Part shown: one piece after another, positions 8,761 to 19,028 of the stretch
How positions within the stretch are numbered: position 1 is the stretch's first letter
How the letters are laid out: each line of letters opens with the position of its first letter
Assembly: GCA_964653025.1 (NCBI GenBank)
Contig: CAZZBZ010000001.1
Span: 39,826 to 103,825, forward strand
Length of the DNA: 64,000 bases
From: an uncultured Verrucomicrobiota bacterium
GTDB taxonomy: Bacteria; Verrucomicrobiota; Verrucomicrobiia; JABWAM01
Direction: 5' to 3'
Program-made: the position numbers and the translations under genes
The notes under the pieces: generated by a model
The model's database searches: none
What the model saw: the letters and a program-made list of their open reading frames with translations, nothing else
Told to the model about the DNA's origin: nothing

Positions 8761-10842
8761 ATGACCTGGATTGACTGGCTGATTGTCCTGGTGTCCGTGG
8801 GGATCGTGGGCGTGGTTGCGGTCGCCACGCAGCGCTACATGACGAGCGTGGCGGACTTCTGCTCCGCGAGCCGGGTGGCGGGGCGCTACGTGATCGCGAA
8901 CGCGCGCGGGGAGATGGGGATGGCCGTCGTGGGCCTGGTGGCGGGTTTCGAGGTCTTTTACCGGGCGGGATGGACGATGGGGTGGTGGGGGTTTATCAGC
9001 ATCCCCGTCGGGATGTTGATGATGCTGACGGGGTTCGTGGCCTACCGCTACCGCGAAACGCGGGTGATGACGATGGCGCAGTTTTTCGAGATCCGGTACA
9101 GCCGGGGATTCCGCCTCTTAGCGGGATTCATGGCGTTCGCGGGAGGGATCGTGAACTACGGGATCTTTCCCGCGGTGGCATCCCGATTCTTTGTCTACTT
9201 CTGCGGCCTGCCGCAGGACCTGCATTTCGGGGGAATGACGATCCCGACCTTCTCGGTGATCATGGCGCTCTATCTGGCGGTGGCGCTGATGGTGACGATT
9301 TCCGGGGGGCAGATCACGATCATGGTGACCGACTGTCTTGAGGGACTGATGTCCCTGGTGCTCTATTTCGTGGTGATCGTGGCGCTCTTATGGATGTTCT
9401 CGTGGAGCGAGGTGCACCAGGCGCTGGCGATGGCCCCACCGGGGCACTCGAAGATGGACCCGTTCGATACGAACCAGATCAAGGACTTCAACCTCTGGTT
9501 CGTACTGATCGGGGTGGTGGGGAGCGTGTACAACCACATGGCATGGCAGGGGGGGCACGCTTTTAACAGCGCGGCGAAGAACCCGCACGAATCGAAGATG
9601 GCGGGAATCGTTGGAAACTGGCGCGGGTTTGGGAAGGGGCTCTTCGTAACGCTACTCGGGATCGCGGCCTACACCTACCTGACACATCCCGACTTCGCGC
9701 AGGGGGCGGCGGCGGTGGACGGGGTGCTCTCGAAGATCGAGAATCCGCAGATTGCGAGCCAGATGCGGATGCCGGTCGCGTTGGGGCTACTTCTGCCGGT
9801 CGGGGTGAAGGGGGTGGTTTGCGCGCTGTTTGTGTTGGGGCTCATCGCCTGTGACAGCTCTTACATCCACTCGTGGGCGACGATTTTTGTCCAGGATGTG
9901 CTGGTGCCTCTCCGAAAGAAGCCCTTTTCCCAGAAGCAGCACCTGCTGCTCTTGCGCTTCGCGGTGATCGGCGTGGCGCTCTTTGGGTTTCTCTTCAGCC
10001 TTCTCTACCGTCAAACGGATTACATCATGATGTTCTTCGCGATCACGGGGGCCATCTATACCGGGGGGGCGGGAGCGGTGATCATCGGGGGGTTCTACTG
10101 GAAAAAGGGAACCAACGCGGCGGCCTGGACCGCCATGCTCACCGGGTCGTCGCTGGCGGTCTTCGGTATCCTTGTCCAGCAACCGGCAATCTGGAAGCAG
10201 GCTCCGGCGTTCATGCACTGGGTCATCGCCAACGTGCCTTTCATTGGCAACCTCGATTCCGTGAAGGCTTTCGTGGTAAATATGCCGTCAAAGTTTCCGA
10301 TCAACGGCCAGTGGATGTACCTGATCGCGATGTGCACGGCGGCGGGGCTCTACGTCATCGTCTCGCTACTCACCTTTCGAGAGGACTTCAACATGGACCG
10401 GATGCTGCATCGCGGAAAGTATGCCCTCGACCCGAAGGCGCAAGCGGATCTCCCGCCGGTCCTCAAGGGGTGGACCTTTAAGAAGTTTTTTGGGGTCGAC
10501 CACCAGTACACGACTGGGGACAAGGCAATTTCCTACACGCTCTTCGGTTGGAAGATGTTCTGGTTGGCCGTGGGCACGATCATCACGCTCTGGAACCTCG
10601 TGGATCGCTGGCCGCTCACCTGGTGGTCCACCTATTGGCGGGTCCACTCGATCTACATCCCGTTCGTTCTCGCGATCCCAACAACCATCTGGTTCCTCTG
10701 GGGCGGGATCCACGACTTGCGACTATTGTTCAAAGACCTCCGCTCAGCACAGCGCCAGGCGCACGACGATGGAACCGTGGTCGACCACCGAAACCTGGAC
10801 GAGGTGGAGGCGGAGAAGAAGGGAACGCCTCTGACGAAGTAG
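8761..10842 (+). CDS. Sodium:solute symporter (SSS) family transporter with extended C-terminal region
   Basis: Multi-TM protein. The N-terminal region (TSVADFCSASRVAGRYVIANA ... GMAVVGLVAGFEVFYRAGWTMGWWGF) matches the SSS family start. 693 aa with about 13 predicted helices. Confidence 0.7.
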   Translation: MTWIDWLIVLVSVGIVGVVAVATQRYMTSVADFCSASRVAGRYVIANARGEMGMAVVGLVAGFEVFYRAGWTMGWWGFISIPVGMLMMLTGFVAYRYRETRVMTMAQFFEIRYSRGFRLLAGFMAFAGGIVNYGIFPAVASRFFVYFCGLPQDLHFGGMTIPTFSVIMALYLAVALMVTISGGQITIMVTDCLEGLMSLVLYFVVIVALLWMFSWSEVHQALAMAPPGHSKMDPFDTNQIKDFNLWFVLIGVVGSVYNHMAWQGGHAFNSAAKNPHESKMAGIVGNWRGFGKGLFVTLLGIAAYTYLTHPDFAQGAAAVDGVLSKIENPQIASQMRMPVALGLLLPVGVKGVVCALFVLGLIACDSSYIHSWATIFVQDVLVPLRKKPFSQKQHLLLLRFAVIGVALFGFLFSLLYRQTDYIMMFFAITGAIYTGGAGAVIIGGFYWKKGTNAAAWTAMLTGSSLAVFGILVQQPAIWKQAPAFMHWVIANVPFIGNLDSVKAFVVNMPSKFPINGQWMYLIAMCTAAGLYVIVSLLTFREDFNMDRMLHRGKYALDPKAQADLPPVLKGWTFKKFFGVDHQYTTGDKAISYTLFGWKMFWLAVGTIITLWNLVDRWPLTWWSTYWRVHSIYIPFVLAIPTTIWFLWGGIHDLRLLFKDLRSAQRQAHDDGTVVDHRNLDEVEAEKKGTPLTK

Positions 10843-11177
10843 CCGATCCTCCCCCACTCTTCCGCACTGCCGCATGGGTGGGCATGCCTTTTCAGGGCTC
10901 GGGCGGAACCGGGGCTGTGGGCGGCGTGACGATCTCGAAGCGCGGGTCGCGCGGCGAGTCGAACCGCTCGGTCGTGGTGACACGGAGGATCCACGCAACC
11001 CCGACCGTATCGCGGCGGCGGACCGAGGCGCGGAGAGAACCCAACGGGCACGACGGAGCGTGCCCCTCCAAAGATCAGCCCCCACGACTTCTTGTGCCAG
11101 CTTCCCGCTTTGCGCGGCGCGATCTCCCAAAACGGCTCGCATCCCTGAACCGTCCCCGGTACCTATAGGCTTTTCCC

Positions 11178-12764
11178 ATGTCCTCCCCCTCCCTGAACTG
11201 GAAACGCTTCGCTGATCATTTCTGTGTGGTTCCCGCCCTCGGCGTGTCCCTCGACATCAGCCGCATGGGCTTCCGCGATGTTTTTTTTCAGGAAACCGCC
11301 CCGGCGATGCAGGCGGCCTTCGCCGCGATGGCCGAACTCGAGAAGGGCGCCCTCGCCAATCCCGACGAGAAGCGCAGGGTCGGCCACTACTGGCTCCGCG
11401 CCCCCGAGCTCGCGCCCGACCAGGAAATCGCTGCCGCCATCCGCGCCGCCCGTGAGGCGGTGACGCATTTCGCAAGGGAGGTCCGCTCCGGAAAGATCGC
11501 GTCGTCCTCGGGGAAGCCTTTCACGGACCTGCTGCTCGTCGGCATCGGCGGCTCCGCGCTCGGCCCCCAGCTCGTCAGCGCCGCGCTCGGTCATCCCGAC
11601 CGCGATCAACTCCGCCCCTGGTTCTTCGACAACACCGACCCCGACGGCATGGACGCCGTGCTCGCCGCGATCGGCTCACGCCTCACGACCACGCTGGTCC
11701 TCGTCATCTCGAAATCGGGCGGCACGAAGGAAACGCGCAATGGCATGGTCGAGGCCCGTCGCGCCATCGAGAAGCTCGGGATCCCCTTCCCGAAGCACGC
11801 GGTCGCCATCACTGGCAAGGGAAGCGATCTCTCAAAAATCGTGGCCGCCGAGGGGTGGCTCGCCGAGTTCCCCATGTGGGACTGGGTCGGCGGCCGCACC
11901 AGCCAGACCTCCACCGTCGGCCTCCTCCCCGCCGCGTTGCAAGGGCTCGACGTGGACGGGCTGATCGAGGGCGCACGGCTCATGGACGAGGCCACGCGCG
12001 TCGCCGAGGCCCGCCATAATCCCGCGGCTCTTCTCGCCCTCATGTGGCTGCACGCCACCGACGGGCGCGGCGCAAAGGACATGGTCATCCTTCCCTACAA
12101 GGATCGCCTCCTCCTGCTCAGCCGCTACCTCCAGCAACTCGTCATGGAGTCGATCGGCAAGGAACGCGACCTCCGCGGGCGGGTCGTCAACCAGGGAATC
12201 TCCGTTTACGGGAACAAGGGTTCCACCGACCAGCACGCCTACGTCCAGCAACTCCGGGACGGCGTTGACAACTTCTTCGTCACCTTCGTCCAGGTCCTCC
12301 GGGACCGCGACGGCGCGGAGTTCGAGGTGGAGCCGGGAATCACCTCGGGGGACTACCTCCACGGCTTCCTCCTCGGAACCCGCGCGGCGCTTGCGGAAAA
12401 GGAACGCCCCTCGATGACGCTCACCCTCCCGGACCTTTCGCCGCGAAGCCTCGGCGCGGTGATCGCGCTATTCGAGCGCGCCGTCGGCTTCTACGCCTCG
12501 CTCGTCGGGATCAACGCCTACCACCAGCCCGGCGTCGAGGCCGGCAAGAAGGCGGCCGGCGCGGTCCTCGAACTCCAGGGGCGCGTCGTCGGCGAACTCC
12601 GCAAGCGCGCGGGCCAACCTGCCACCTCCGAGGAACTGGCCTCCGCGCTCGGCGCCGATCCCGAGACGATCTTCCTCATCCTCCACCACCTCGCCGCCAA
12701 TCCCGGACGCGGCGTCTGCGCCGAGGGCACCGATCCCGCCACCGCCCACTTCTTCGCGGCCTAA
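11178..12764 (+). CDS. pgi: Glucose-6-phosphate isomerase
   Basis: 528 aa. PGI signatures [27 protein letters not shown], and a typical C-terminal region. Confidence 0.9.
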   Translation: MSSPSLNWKRFADHFCVVPALGVSLDISRMGFRDVFFQETAPAMQAAFAAMAELEKGALANPDEKRRVGHYWLRAPELAPDQEIAAAIRAAREAVTHFAREVRSGKIASSSGKPFTDLLLVGIGGSALGPQLVSAALGHPDRDQLRPWFFDNTDPDGMDAVLAAIGSRLTTTLVLVISKSGGTKETRNGMVEARRAIEKLGIPFPKHAVAITGKGSDLSKIVAAEGWLAEFPMWDWVGGRTSQTSTVGLLPAALQGLDVDGLIEGARLMDEATRVAEARHNPAALLALMWLHATDGRGAKDMVILPYKDRLLLLSRYLQQLVMESIGKERDLRGRVVNQGISVYGNKGSTDQHAYVQQLRDGVDNFFVTFVQVLRDRDGAEFEVEPGITSGDYLHGFLLGTRAALAEKERPSMTLTLPDLSPRSLGAVIALFERAVGFYASLVGINAYHQPGVEAGKKAAGAVLELQGRVVGELRKRAGQPATSEELASALGADPETIFLILHHLAANPGRGVCAEGTDPATAHFFAA

Positions 12765-12796
12765 CCTGTATTTCTCACTATTCTCAAAAAAACCTC

Positions 12797-14014
12797 CTAG
12801 CGGCTCCTGTAGTCGTTGAGGTTGAGGGAGTTCAAGGTGGCGAGGGAAACGGGGCGGCCCTTGCGGGCCCACGGGGCGCCGAGATCCGAGAAGAGTCGGC
12901 CGCTGCGGCCGCTCTCCTCGACGAGAGCGTGGATGTCGGAGGCGTCATAGCCGGCGTTTTCCCCTTCCCCGTAGACGCGCGCATGCGCCTCCGGGATCGC
13001 GTGGATGCCCCCCGAGGAAACCAGCATCCCATTGGTCACGAGCACGTAGGGGCGAGTGTCGGCGAGGAAACTCGGGGGACGCGGGCTGCGGCTTTTCGCA
13101 TACTCGAGATAGTCGCGCCAGGCGGTGAGGATCCCGTCCTCCGTGATCGGCGGGGGCAGCGGCAGGTTGAGCGAGTTGCCGATGGCCTTACCATCGTCGG
13201 TCACCCACGCGCTCCCCTTCGAGCCGAAGACTTCGATGCGGACCCCGAGGTGCTTCTCACAGCAGTGAACAAGCGCCGCGGAAAACTCCACGTTTGAGTT
13301 GAAGCGACCGCGCAGGCATGCGGCGTCGTAACTCTCAACCGGGCGCGCCCGGTAGAGTTCGCCCTCCACCTCCGACGGCATCCCGAAGTCGTCCATGCCG
13401 TCCCCGCCAAGGAACATCAGGTTGTGGACCTGGTGCGCGAGAGCGTTGGTGGCCGGGCCATCAAAGACCGGTTCCTTGTCCAGCATGAGCCTCGCGGCCC
13501 AGGAGGAGCGCTGGTAGTACTTTGCGAGGCGGGGCCAGCAGGCCCGCACACGTACCGCGCGGACCTCCCCGAGCGCGCCCTCGACCTTCCACTTCTTGAG
13601 CTGGCGGATGTAGGGCGATGAAATCTGCTGGAAAGCCACGGCAACCTTGCGGCGCGCGTCCAGGGTCACGAGGTCGTTGAGTTGCTGGATGAGCGGGACC
13701 GGGGGCTTCTCGAGATAGACCATGCGCCCGCGGGCGAGGGCGGCGACCGTCATGCGATGGTGCAGATGGATCGGCGCAGGGATCACCACGGTATCGAGGT
13801 CGGATTCGGCCTTGAGCATCTCCTCAAGCGTGCCATGCCAGCGCACCCCGCGCGGGTCGAGGCGGGCCTTCACGTCCGCATGCTTGGACGGGGAGGTGGA
13901 GACCACGCACCGCAACTTTACACTTCCTTCGTTTTCCAGGGCATCAATGGCGCGAAGATGCGCGCTTCCGAAACCGCCAACCCCGACCATTCCGACATTC
14001 AGTGGATTATTCAT
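12797..14014 (-). CDS. Gfo/Idh/MocA-family NAD(P)-dependent oxidoreductase
   Basis: N-terminal Rossmann motif VGMVGVGGFGSAHL, EKP motif (MVYLEKPP), and the C-terminal alpha/beta domain typical of the family. Confidence 0.8.
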   Translation of the reverse strand: MNNPLNVGMVGVGGFGSAHLRAIDALENEGSVKLRCVVSTSPSKHADVKARLDPRGVRWHGTLEEMLKAESDLDTVVIPAPIHLHHRMTVAALARGRMVYLEKPPVPLIQQLNDLVTLDARRKVAVAFQQISSPYIRQLKKWKVEGALGEVRAVRVRACWPRLAKYYQRSSWAARLMLDKEPVFDGPATNALAHQVHNLMFLGGDGMDDFGMPSEVEGELYRARPVESYDAACLRGRFNSNVEFSAALVHCCEKHLGVRIEVFGSKGSAWVTDDGKAIGNSLNLPLPPPITEDGILTAWRDYLEYAKSRSPRPPSFLADTRPYVLVTNGMLVSSGGIHAIPEAHARVYGEGENAGYDASDIHALVEESGRSGRLFSDLGAPWARKGRPVSLATLNSLNLNDYRSR

Positions 14015-14136
14015 TGAAAGAGGAGGAGGTGCGAATTTCTAGCAGGCTGTTCCACAAGTCGCAAGGGGCACGCGTGGTTTTCCGCTAGCTTTGCGCTCCT
14101 GCCTCGGCGAGAAGGATCCCCCGACGACCCCGATCC

Positions 14137-15723
14137 ATGCTGATTCCCACACCAGAAGAGTTCCGCCGCCTTGCCTCCAAGGGGAACCTCGTTCCCGTGA
14201 GGGCGGAACTCCTCGCCGACACCGAGACCCCACTCAGCGCCTATCAGAAGCTCACTCGCACCCAACCTGGGAACACCTTCCTTTTCGAAAGCGTCGAAGG
14301 TGGCGAGCACATCGGTCGTTACTCATTCATCGGCCTCAACCCCCGCGCCATCCTCACCGTCTGTGGAGACCGCATGGTGATCGAGCGTGGAAAAGAATCT
14401 AAAAAGTCCCGCGCGCCCGCGGACCCCCTCCAGGCTGCCAAGGAACTCCTCGCCCCCTTCCGCCCCGTGCGCCTCCCGGGGCTCCCCCGATTTATCGGCG
14501 GACTCGTGGGCTACCTCGGCTTCGAGTACGTCTGCCGCATCGAGCCGGTCCCCCAGCCGCCGATCGACGACCTCGGCCTGCCCCTCCTCAAGTACCTCCT
14601 CATCGACACGCTGGTCATCTTCGACCGCGCGCGGCAGATCATTCAAATCGTTGCCAACGCGCACATCGAGGGAAACCCCGATGCGGCCTATGCCGATGCC
14701 GCAGCCCGCATCCGCGTCATTGAGCGGGCCCTCGCCATGCCGCTCGCGTCACCCCCCGCCGCGCTCCCGACGGAGATTCCCGACGCCGCCTTCTCCTCCA
14801 ACATGCCCAAGGACGAGTACCTCAGCATGGTCACCCGCGGAAAAAAATACATCAAGCAAGGGGACATCTTCCAGTTCGTGCCCTCTCAACGGTTCTCCGC
14901 ACCGACCCAGGCTACCCCGATTGAGATCTACCGCGCCCTGCGCACCATCAACCCATCGCCCTACATGTTCCTGATGCGGTTCCCCGACTTCTCGCTGGTC
15001 GGGGCCTCGCCCGAGATCCACGTCCGCTGCGAGGAGGGGCTCGTCGAAATCCGCCCGATCGCCGGCACCCGCCGCCGCGGCGCCACCGCGGAGGAGGACG
15101 AGCACCTCGAAAAGGACCTCCTCGCCGACCAGAAGGAGCGCGCCGAACACCTCATGCTCGTGGACCTCGCCCGCAACGACCTCGGTCGCGTCTGCGAGTT
15201 CAACAGCGTCACCGTCCCGCAGTTCATGACCGTCGAGCGCTACTCGCACGTGATGCACATTGTCTCCCAGGTCACGGGCCGCCTCCGTCCGGGCCAGGAT
15301 GCCTTCGACGTGATGCGCGCCTCCTTCCCCGCTGGCACGCTCAGCGGCGCTCCCAAGATCCGCGCGATGCAGATCATCTCCGAGCTCGAGCGCCGCGTCC
15401 GCGGCCCCTACGGCGGCGCCCTCGGCTACTTCGACTTCAACGGAAACCTCGACACCTGCATCACCATCCGCACCCTCGTCCTCAAGGACGGCGTGGCCCA
15501 TGTGCAGGCCGGCGGCGGCGTGGTGGACGACTCCACCCCGGAGGGCGAATACCAGGAGACCGTGAACAAGGCGCGGGCCCTCGTGAAGGCGCTCGCCCTC
15601 GCCGAGAGTTTTCGTGGAAAGCCGAAGGCCTCGCCCCCCGGGCGCAAGCCTCAGGGCCGCGCGAAGGCTGCCAGGCTGGCGAGGAAGTCCGCGGTCGTCC
15701 CGAAGTCGAAGCGTCGTTCCTGA
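14137..15723 (+). CDS. trpE: Anthranilate synthase component I
   Basis: Trp feedback motif FLFESVEGGEHIGRYSFIGLNP. Chorismate-binding domain with PKIRAMQIISELERRVRGPYGGALGYFDFNGNLDTCITIRT. Has an unusual Lys/Arg-rich ~40-aa C-terminal tail. No trpG/D adjacent. Confidence 0.85.
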   Translation: MLIPTPEEFRRLASKGNLVPVRAELLADTETPLSAYQKLTRTQPGNTFLFESVEGGEHIGRYSFIGLNPRAILTVCGDRMVIERGKESKKSRAPADPLQAAKELLAPFRPVRLPGLPRFIGGLVGYLGFEYVCRIEPVPQPPIDDLGLPLLKYLLIDTLVIFDRARQIIQIVANAHIEGNPDAAYADAAARIRVIERALAMPLASPPAALPTEIPDAAFSSNMPKDEYLSMVTRGKKYIKQGDIFQFVPSQRFSAPTQATPIEIYRALRTINPSPYMFLMRFPDFSLVGASPEIHVRCEEGLVEIRPIAGTRRRGATAEEDEHLEKDLLADQKERAEHLMLVDLARNDLGRVCEFNSVTVPQFMTVERYSHVMHIVSQVTGRLRPGQDAFDVMRASFPAGTLSGAPKIRAMQIISELERRVRGPYGGALGYFDFNGNLDTCITIRTLVLKDGVAHVQAGGGVVDDSTPEGEYQETVNKARALVKALALAESFRGKPKASPPGRKPQGRAKAARLARKSAVVPKSKRRS

Positions 15724-16535
15724 ATCGTCTCCCAGGCTCGGTAGCCCTCGCGCCGACACTGGATCTCCTGCGCGCGGGTGAGTTGGAACTCCCCTCCATC
15801 CCGTACCCCGTCGCGGATCATCTGCGCGAGCACATCGAAGATCGAAGGGGCCAGCGCATGCATCCCGAACCAGCCGAGAAACTCCCCATCCCCAAGCCCG
15901 TCCACACGCAGCCGCTCGCGGGCAACCTCGGGCGATGGCTTTTCTACAATGTCGGTCACTTCAATCACCCGCGGGTCCGCCGCCGTCCGTTGCCCCGCGA
16001 TCGTTCCGTAGCCGCACAACTGCTCCTCCGTGATCCGATTCACGGCCGATACCGAGCGACCACCCGCCCTGTCGAAGACCTCCGCGAGCGCCCGCGCGCA
16101 GGAGCCGCCGCCCGCCCCGCGAAAAAGGTGGTCTCCGAGCAGGAGCAGGAACGGCTCTCCCCGGGCAAAGTCGCGGGCCTGGTAGACCGCATGCCCGTAG
16201 CCTTCCTGTTCTCGCTGGAGGACGTAACGCAACCTCTCCCCTGCCCGTCCGAGGGCAAGAGCCTCCGCGTGAAGCGCCGGCTGCTTCTCGAGTCGGCGAA
16301 GGTAGTCCGTCGGCGGCGCGCGAAAATACCGTCGAAACGCCTCCTCCTCGCTCGGCTGGATGATGAGTGCGATCTCCTCGAAACCTGCCGCGAGAAGATC
16401 GGACACGTGATAGTGAACCAGCGCCCGCGCGATGCCGTCGGGCCCGACCACGGGAAAAAGCTCTTTCTTCACGGCCTGCGAGGCCGGGAAGAGGCGGGTC
16501 CCGAGGCCCGCCGCCGGGATCACCGCGCGTTTCAT
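15651..16535 (-). CDS. Sugar-1-phosphate nucleotidylyltransferase (UTP-glucose-1-phosphate uridylyltransferase / GalU-like)
   Basis: N-terminus MKRAVIPAAGLGTRLFPASQAVKKELFPV is the GalU/RmlA-type NTP-transferase signature. Convergently overlaps the trpE 3' end by about 70 bp. Alternative start at 16559. Confidence 0.75.
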   Translation of the reverse strand: MKRAVIPAAGLGTRLFPASQAVKKELFPVVGPDGIARALVHYHVSDLLAAGFEEIALIIQPSEEEAFRRYFRAPPTDYLRRLEKQPALHAEALALGRAGERLRYVLQREQEGYGHAVYQARDFARGEPFLLLLGDHLFRGAGGGSCARALAEVFDRAGGRSVSAVNRITEEQLCGYGTIAGQRTAADPRVIEVTDIVEKPSPEVARERLRVDGLGDGEFLGWFGMHALAPSIFDVLAQMIRDGVRDGGEFQLTRAQEIQCRREGYRAWETIQERRFDFGTTADFLASLAAFARP

Positions 16536-17986
16536 TCGCCGCGTTCCCCGGTTCTCCATCCCTTCGGCCCGAACCGATAGCGCAACGCCCCGAACTCGAG
16601 CGCCCCGGGCGAGGTTCCCTCGAAGAGGTCGGGGGCCACGCCCACGCGCCGCTTGTAGTCCTCCGCGATCCGAGGCAACTCGCGACGGAGGGCTTCCGTG
16701 TCCCCGAGGATCGCCACCGTGCCGCCAGAACCCCCGCCCGTGATCTTCGCCCCGTAAAGCCCCTTCCCGGGACCGCGGCGTCGCACCTCGCTCACGATCC
16801 AGTCCACTTCCTCGCAGGAGAGGCGGCAGTGGTCGCGGTAGCTCTCATGCGCGCCGTACATCTGCTCCCCAGCCTCCACAAGCCCCGCCCGCTCACCCTT
16901 GCCGGCCCGTTTCAGGCACTCCATGAAACGCAGGACGCGCTCGTTTTCGTGGACGGGGTGGGTTGTTGGCCCAACCACGCGGTAGACCGCATCCGGCTGG
17001 ATCGTCGTGGCGGGATCGTCATGCGAGCGGTGGCGCTCAAGAAACTCGGAGCCGAGGATCTTCTCGGGAAGAACCTTTCGCCACGCGGCCTCGAAGTCGG
17101 CCACGGAAATCTCAGCAAGGTGGGAAACCGGCGCCTGCCCTTTCGCGGCACGATGATCGTTGATGATCCGTCGCCCCATGAAGGCCCCGATGCGAACATC
17201 CCCGTACTGCGGTCCCGCCACGGAGTGTTTTACCATCGAGTTCATCCCCACCAGCGAGGTCCCCTCCGGAATTCCCACCTCCCCCTCCACCTGGCCCGGG
17301 CGGCAAAGGATGTGGGTGAGTTTTCCCTCCCTCCCGCTCGTCACCGCGATCTGGTCCATGATCCCGCAGGGGGCACCCACCACCTGGTTCTCCGCGAGCT
17401 GCCCGAGCTGCGCAAGGCGGGATGCGGAGAGTTTCATGCCAAGCCAGCTTTGCAGGCAGTGAATCGTGGCAATCTCGACCGCCGCCGAACTCCCAATCCC
17501 GACGTTCATCGGGACCCCGCTGAGGAGCAACAGGTTGAAGCCATAGTGAAGCGAGGCCGATTCCTCCTTGAGGAGCGTGAAGATGCTCCCCCCAACGTAG
17601 GCCGCCCAGGAGATGAGCGGGTTGCTGCGGCAGACCTCGCGGACCTGCTCGTAGGTCGCCATCCGATCTCCATTCGCGAAGTAATCGAGGGGGATACGCG
17701 TCTCGACCGGGAGGCTGCGGCGTGCCAGTTGCAGCGTGCGGATGCGGAGGGTGCGGTCGGTCCTCGGCTGGAGGGCGATCACGATTCCACGCCCAAGCGT
17801 CCCCTCACAGACGTTCGCGCCGGAGTAATCGGCGATGCCCCCGATGACGTCGAGGCGCGCCGGCACACGGACAAGGAGGATCTCCGCCGTGGAGAAGAAG
17901 CCCGCGAACCCGGTCTCGTCGCTGTGCGGCTTCTGGAGCAGCCGCTCGAACTCCGATACTTCCACCGGTAAGACGGTTGTTTTCAT
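16532..17986 (-). CDS. GHMP-family sugar kinase (unknown sugar-1-kinase; not GalK)
   Basis: 484 aa. GHMP motif PMNVGIGSSAAVEIATIHCL. N-terminal RVPARLDVIGGIADYSG differs from the galactokinase signature. Immediately upstream of the NTP-transferase (4-bp overlap), suggesting a kinase + pyrophosphorylase salvage pair. Confidence 0.7.
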   Translation of the reverse strand: MKTTVLPVEVSEFERLLQKPHSDETGFAGFFSTAEILLVRVPARLDVIGGIADYSGANVCEGTLGRGIVIALQPRTDRTLRIRTLQLARRSLPVETRIPLDYFANGDRMATYEQVREVCRSNPLISWAAYVGGSIFTLLKEESASLHYGFNLLLLSGVPMNVGIGSSAAVEIATIHCLQSWLGMKLSASRLAQLGQLAENQVVGAPCGIMDQIAVTSGREGKLTHILCRPGQVEGEVGIPEGTSLVGMNSMVKHSVAGPQYGDVRIGAFMGRRIINDHRAAKGQAPVSHLAEISVADFEAAWRKVLPEKILGSEFLERHRSHDDPATTIQPDAVYRVVGPTTHPVHENERVLRFMECLKRAGKGERAGLVEAGEQMYGAHESYRDHCRLSCEEVDWIVSEVRRRGPGKGLYGAKITGGGSGGTVAILGDTEALRRELPRIAEDYKRRVGVAPDLFEGTSPGALEFGALRYRFGPKGWRTGERGE

Positions 17987-18000
17987 GGAGAGCGGGAGAC

Positions 18001-18567
18001 CTACTTGCTCCCCGGCTTCACGGCCGGGATCGCCGCGAGATCGGGGGGAAGGTGATCGGCGGAAAAGGTTTCCACGTCCATCTTCACGAGCGAGAAGAAC
18101 GGCGCCCCGAAGTCCACCGGCCCGGAGGAACGATCCACCACCACCGCCACCGCGACAACCACGCCGCCCCGTGACCGGATGATGTCAAGGGTCTCCTGCA
18201 CGCGACCACCCTTCGTCACCACATCCTCCGCGACGAGAAAACGCTCCCCCTTGCCCACGGAAAATCCGCGCCGCAGGACAAGCTTCCCCTCCTCCTTCTC
18301 CGCAAAGATGTGGCGCTTGTCGAGGGACCGGGCCAGTTCCTGGCCGACAAACAACCCGCCGAGCGCGGGTGAAATCACCGCGTCCACCGCGATCCCCCGC
18401 AGCTTGTCCGCAAGCGCCTCACAAAGCCGCGAGGCGAGGCGCGCGTGCTGGAGGACCAGCGCGCACTGGAAGAACTGACGACTGTGCAGGCCGGAGCGCA
18501 GGACGAAGTGGCCATCCAGCAGCGCGCCCGACTGGCGAAAGGCATCGAGGGCCTCGTCCCGGGTCAC
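18001..18567 (-). CDS. pyrE: Orotate phosphoribosyltransferase
   Basis: 188 aa. PRPP-binding motif FLVAEDVVTKGGRVQE. Type I PRTase layout. Confidence 0.85.
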   Translation of the reverse strand: MTRDEALDAFRQSGALLDGHFVLRSGLHSRQFFQCALVLQHARLASRLCEALADKLRGIAVDAVISPALGGLFVGQELARSLDKRHIFAEKEEGKLVLRRGFSVGKGERFLVAEDVVTKGGRVQETLDIIRSRGGVVVAVAVVVDRSSGPVDFGAPFFSLVKMDVETFSADHLPPDLAAIPAVKPGSK

Positions 18568-18767
18568 TTGACCTCCTCGTACCAGGCCATCTGGATCGCT
18601 TCGAGAACCGCCTCGTTCGAGTCCTCGGGGTCGTCGTCGAAGCCCTCGAGCTCGGTCACCAGGATGTGCAGCTTTGGGAAGCTCAGCTTCAGGGGATCCT
18701 GTTCGGGGTACTTGTCCACGAGCGCCCAGGCAATCTCTTCCGTGTCCTTCCAGGTCAGCTTGTTCAT
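18564..18767 (-). CDS. iscX: IscX/YfhJ-like Fe-S cluster assembly protein
   Basis: 67 aa: MNKLTWKDTEEIAWALVDKYPEQDPLKLSFPKLHILVTELEGFDDDPEDSNEAVLEAIQMAWYEE. This aligns closely to E. coli IscX (W.D..EI..AL.D.YP..DP ... LE.FDDDP..SNE..LEAI..W). 4-bp overlap with pyrE. Confidence 0.75.
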   Translation of the reverse strand: MNKLTWKDTEEIAWALVDKYPEQDPLKLSFPKLHILVTELEGFDDDPEDSNEAVLEAIQMAWYEEVK

Positions 18768-18862
18768 GACGGCTGGTTTAGTCTACCTTTTCGCCAGAGG
18801 CAAGCCGTTGTCCGCGGCCCGCGCTTGCGCTCCGCGCAGGATGCGGCATTCTGCCCAATGCA

Positions 18863-18896
18863 TTGCCGATTTCTGATTGCCGATTTCTGATTTCCA
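18863..18896. repeat. Tandem heptamer array, ATTKSC family (GATTTCT GATTGCC GATTTCT GATTTCC)
   Basis: Read directly in the iscX-galK divergent intergenic region. Confidence 0.8.
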
Positions 18897-18935
18897 CCCT
18901 CCTCCCCAAACGCCCGTTTTCCCTTTTTTCCTCCG

Positions 18936-18985
18936 CTTCCCGCTTCCAGCTTGTAGCTTCTGGCTTGTCGCCTCCTCTCCTCCTT
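18936..18985. repeat. Tandem heptamer array (GCTTCCC GCTTCCA GCTTGTA GCTTCTG GCTTGTC GCCTCCT), forming the pyrimidine-rich galK leader
   Basis: Read directly. 7-bp periodicity over about 6 units, immediately upstream of galK. Confidence 0.75.
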
Positions 18986-19028
18986 CCCATTTTTCATTGG
19001 CCGTTTTACATTTCCCCTCCACCCTCCC

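Noticed and set aside
10843-11177. Possible gene in the 335-bp SSS-pgi intergenic region (minus-strand ORFs 10653-11142)
   Set aside because: Translations are Arg/Ser/Pro-rich low-complexity strings overlapping the SSS transporter 3' end. No start context or domain. Treated as non-coding.
16367-17971. 534-aa plus-strand ORF
   Set aside because: Antisense to the GHMP kinase gene. Arg/Pro-rich, no motifs.
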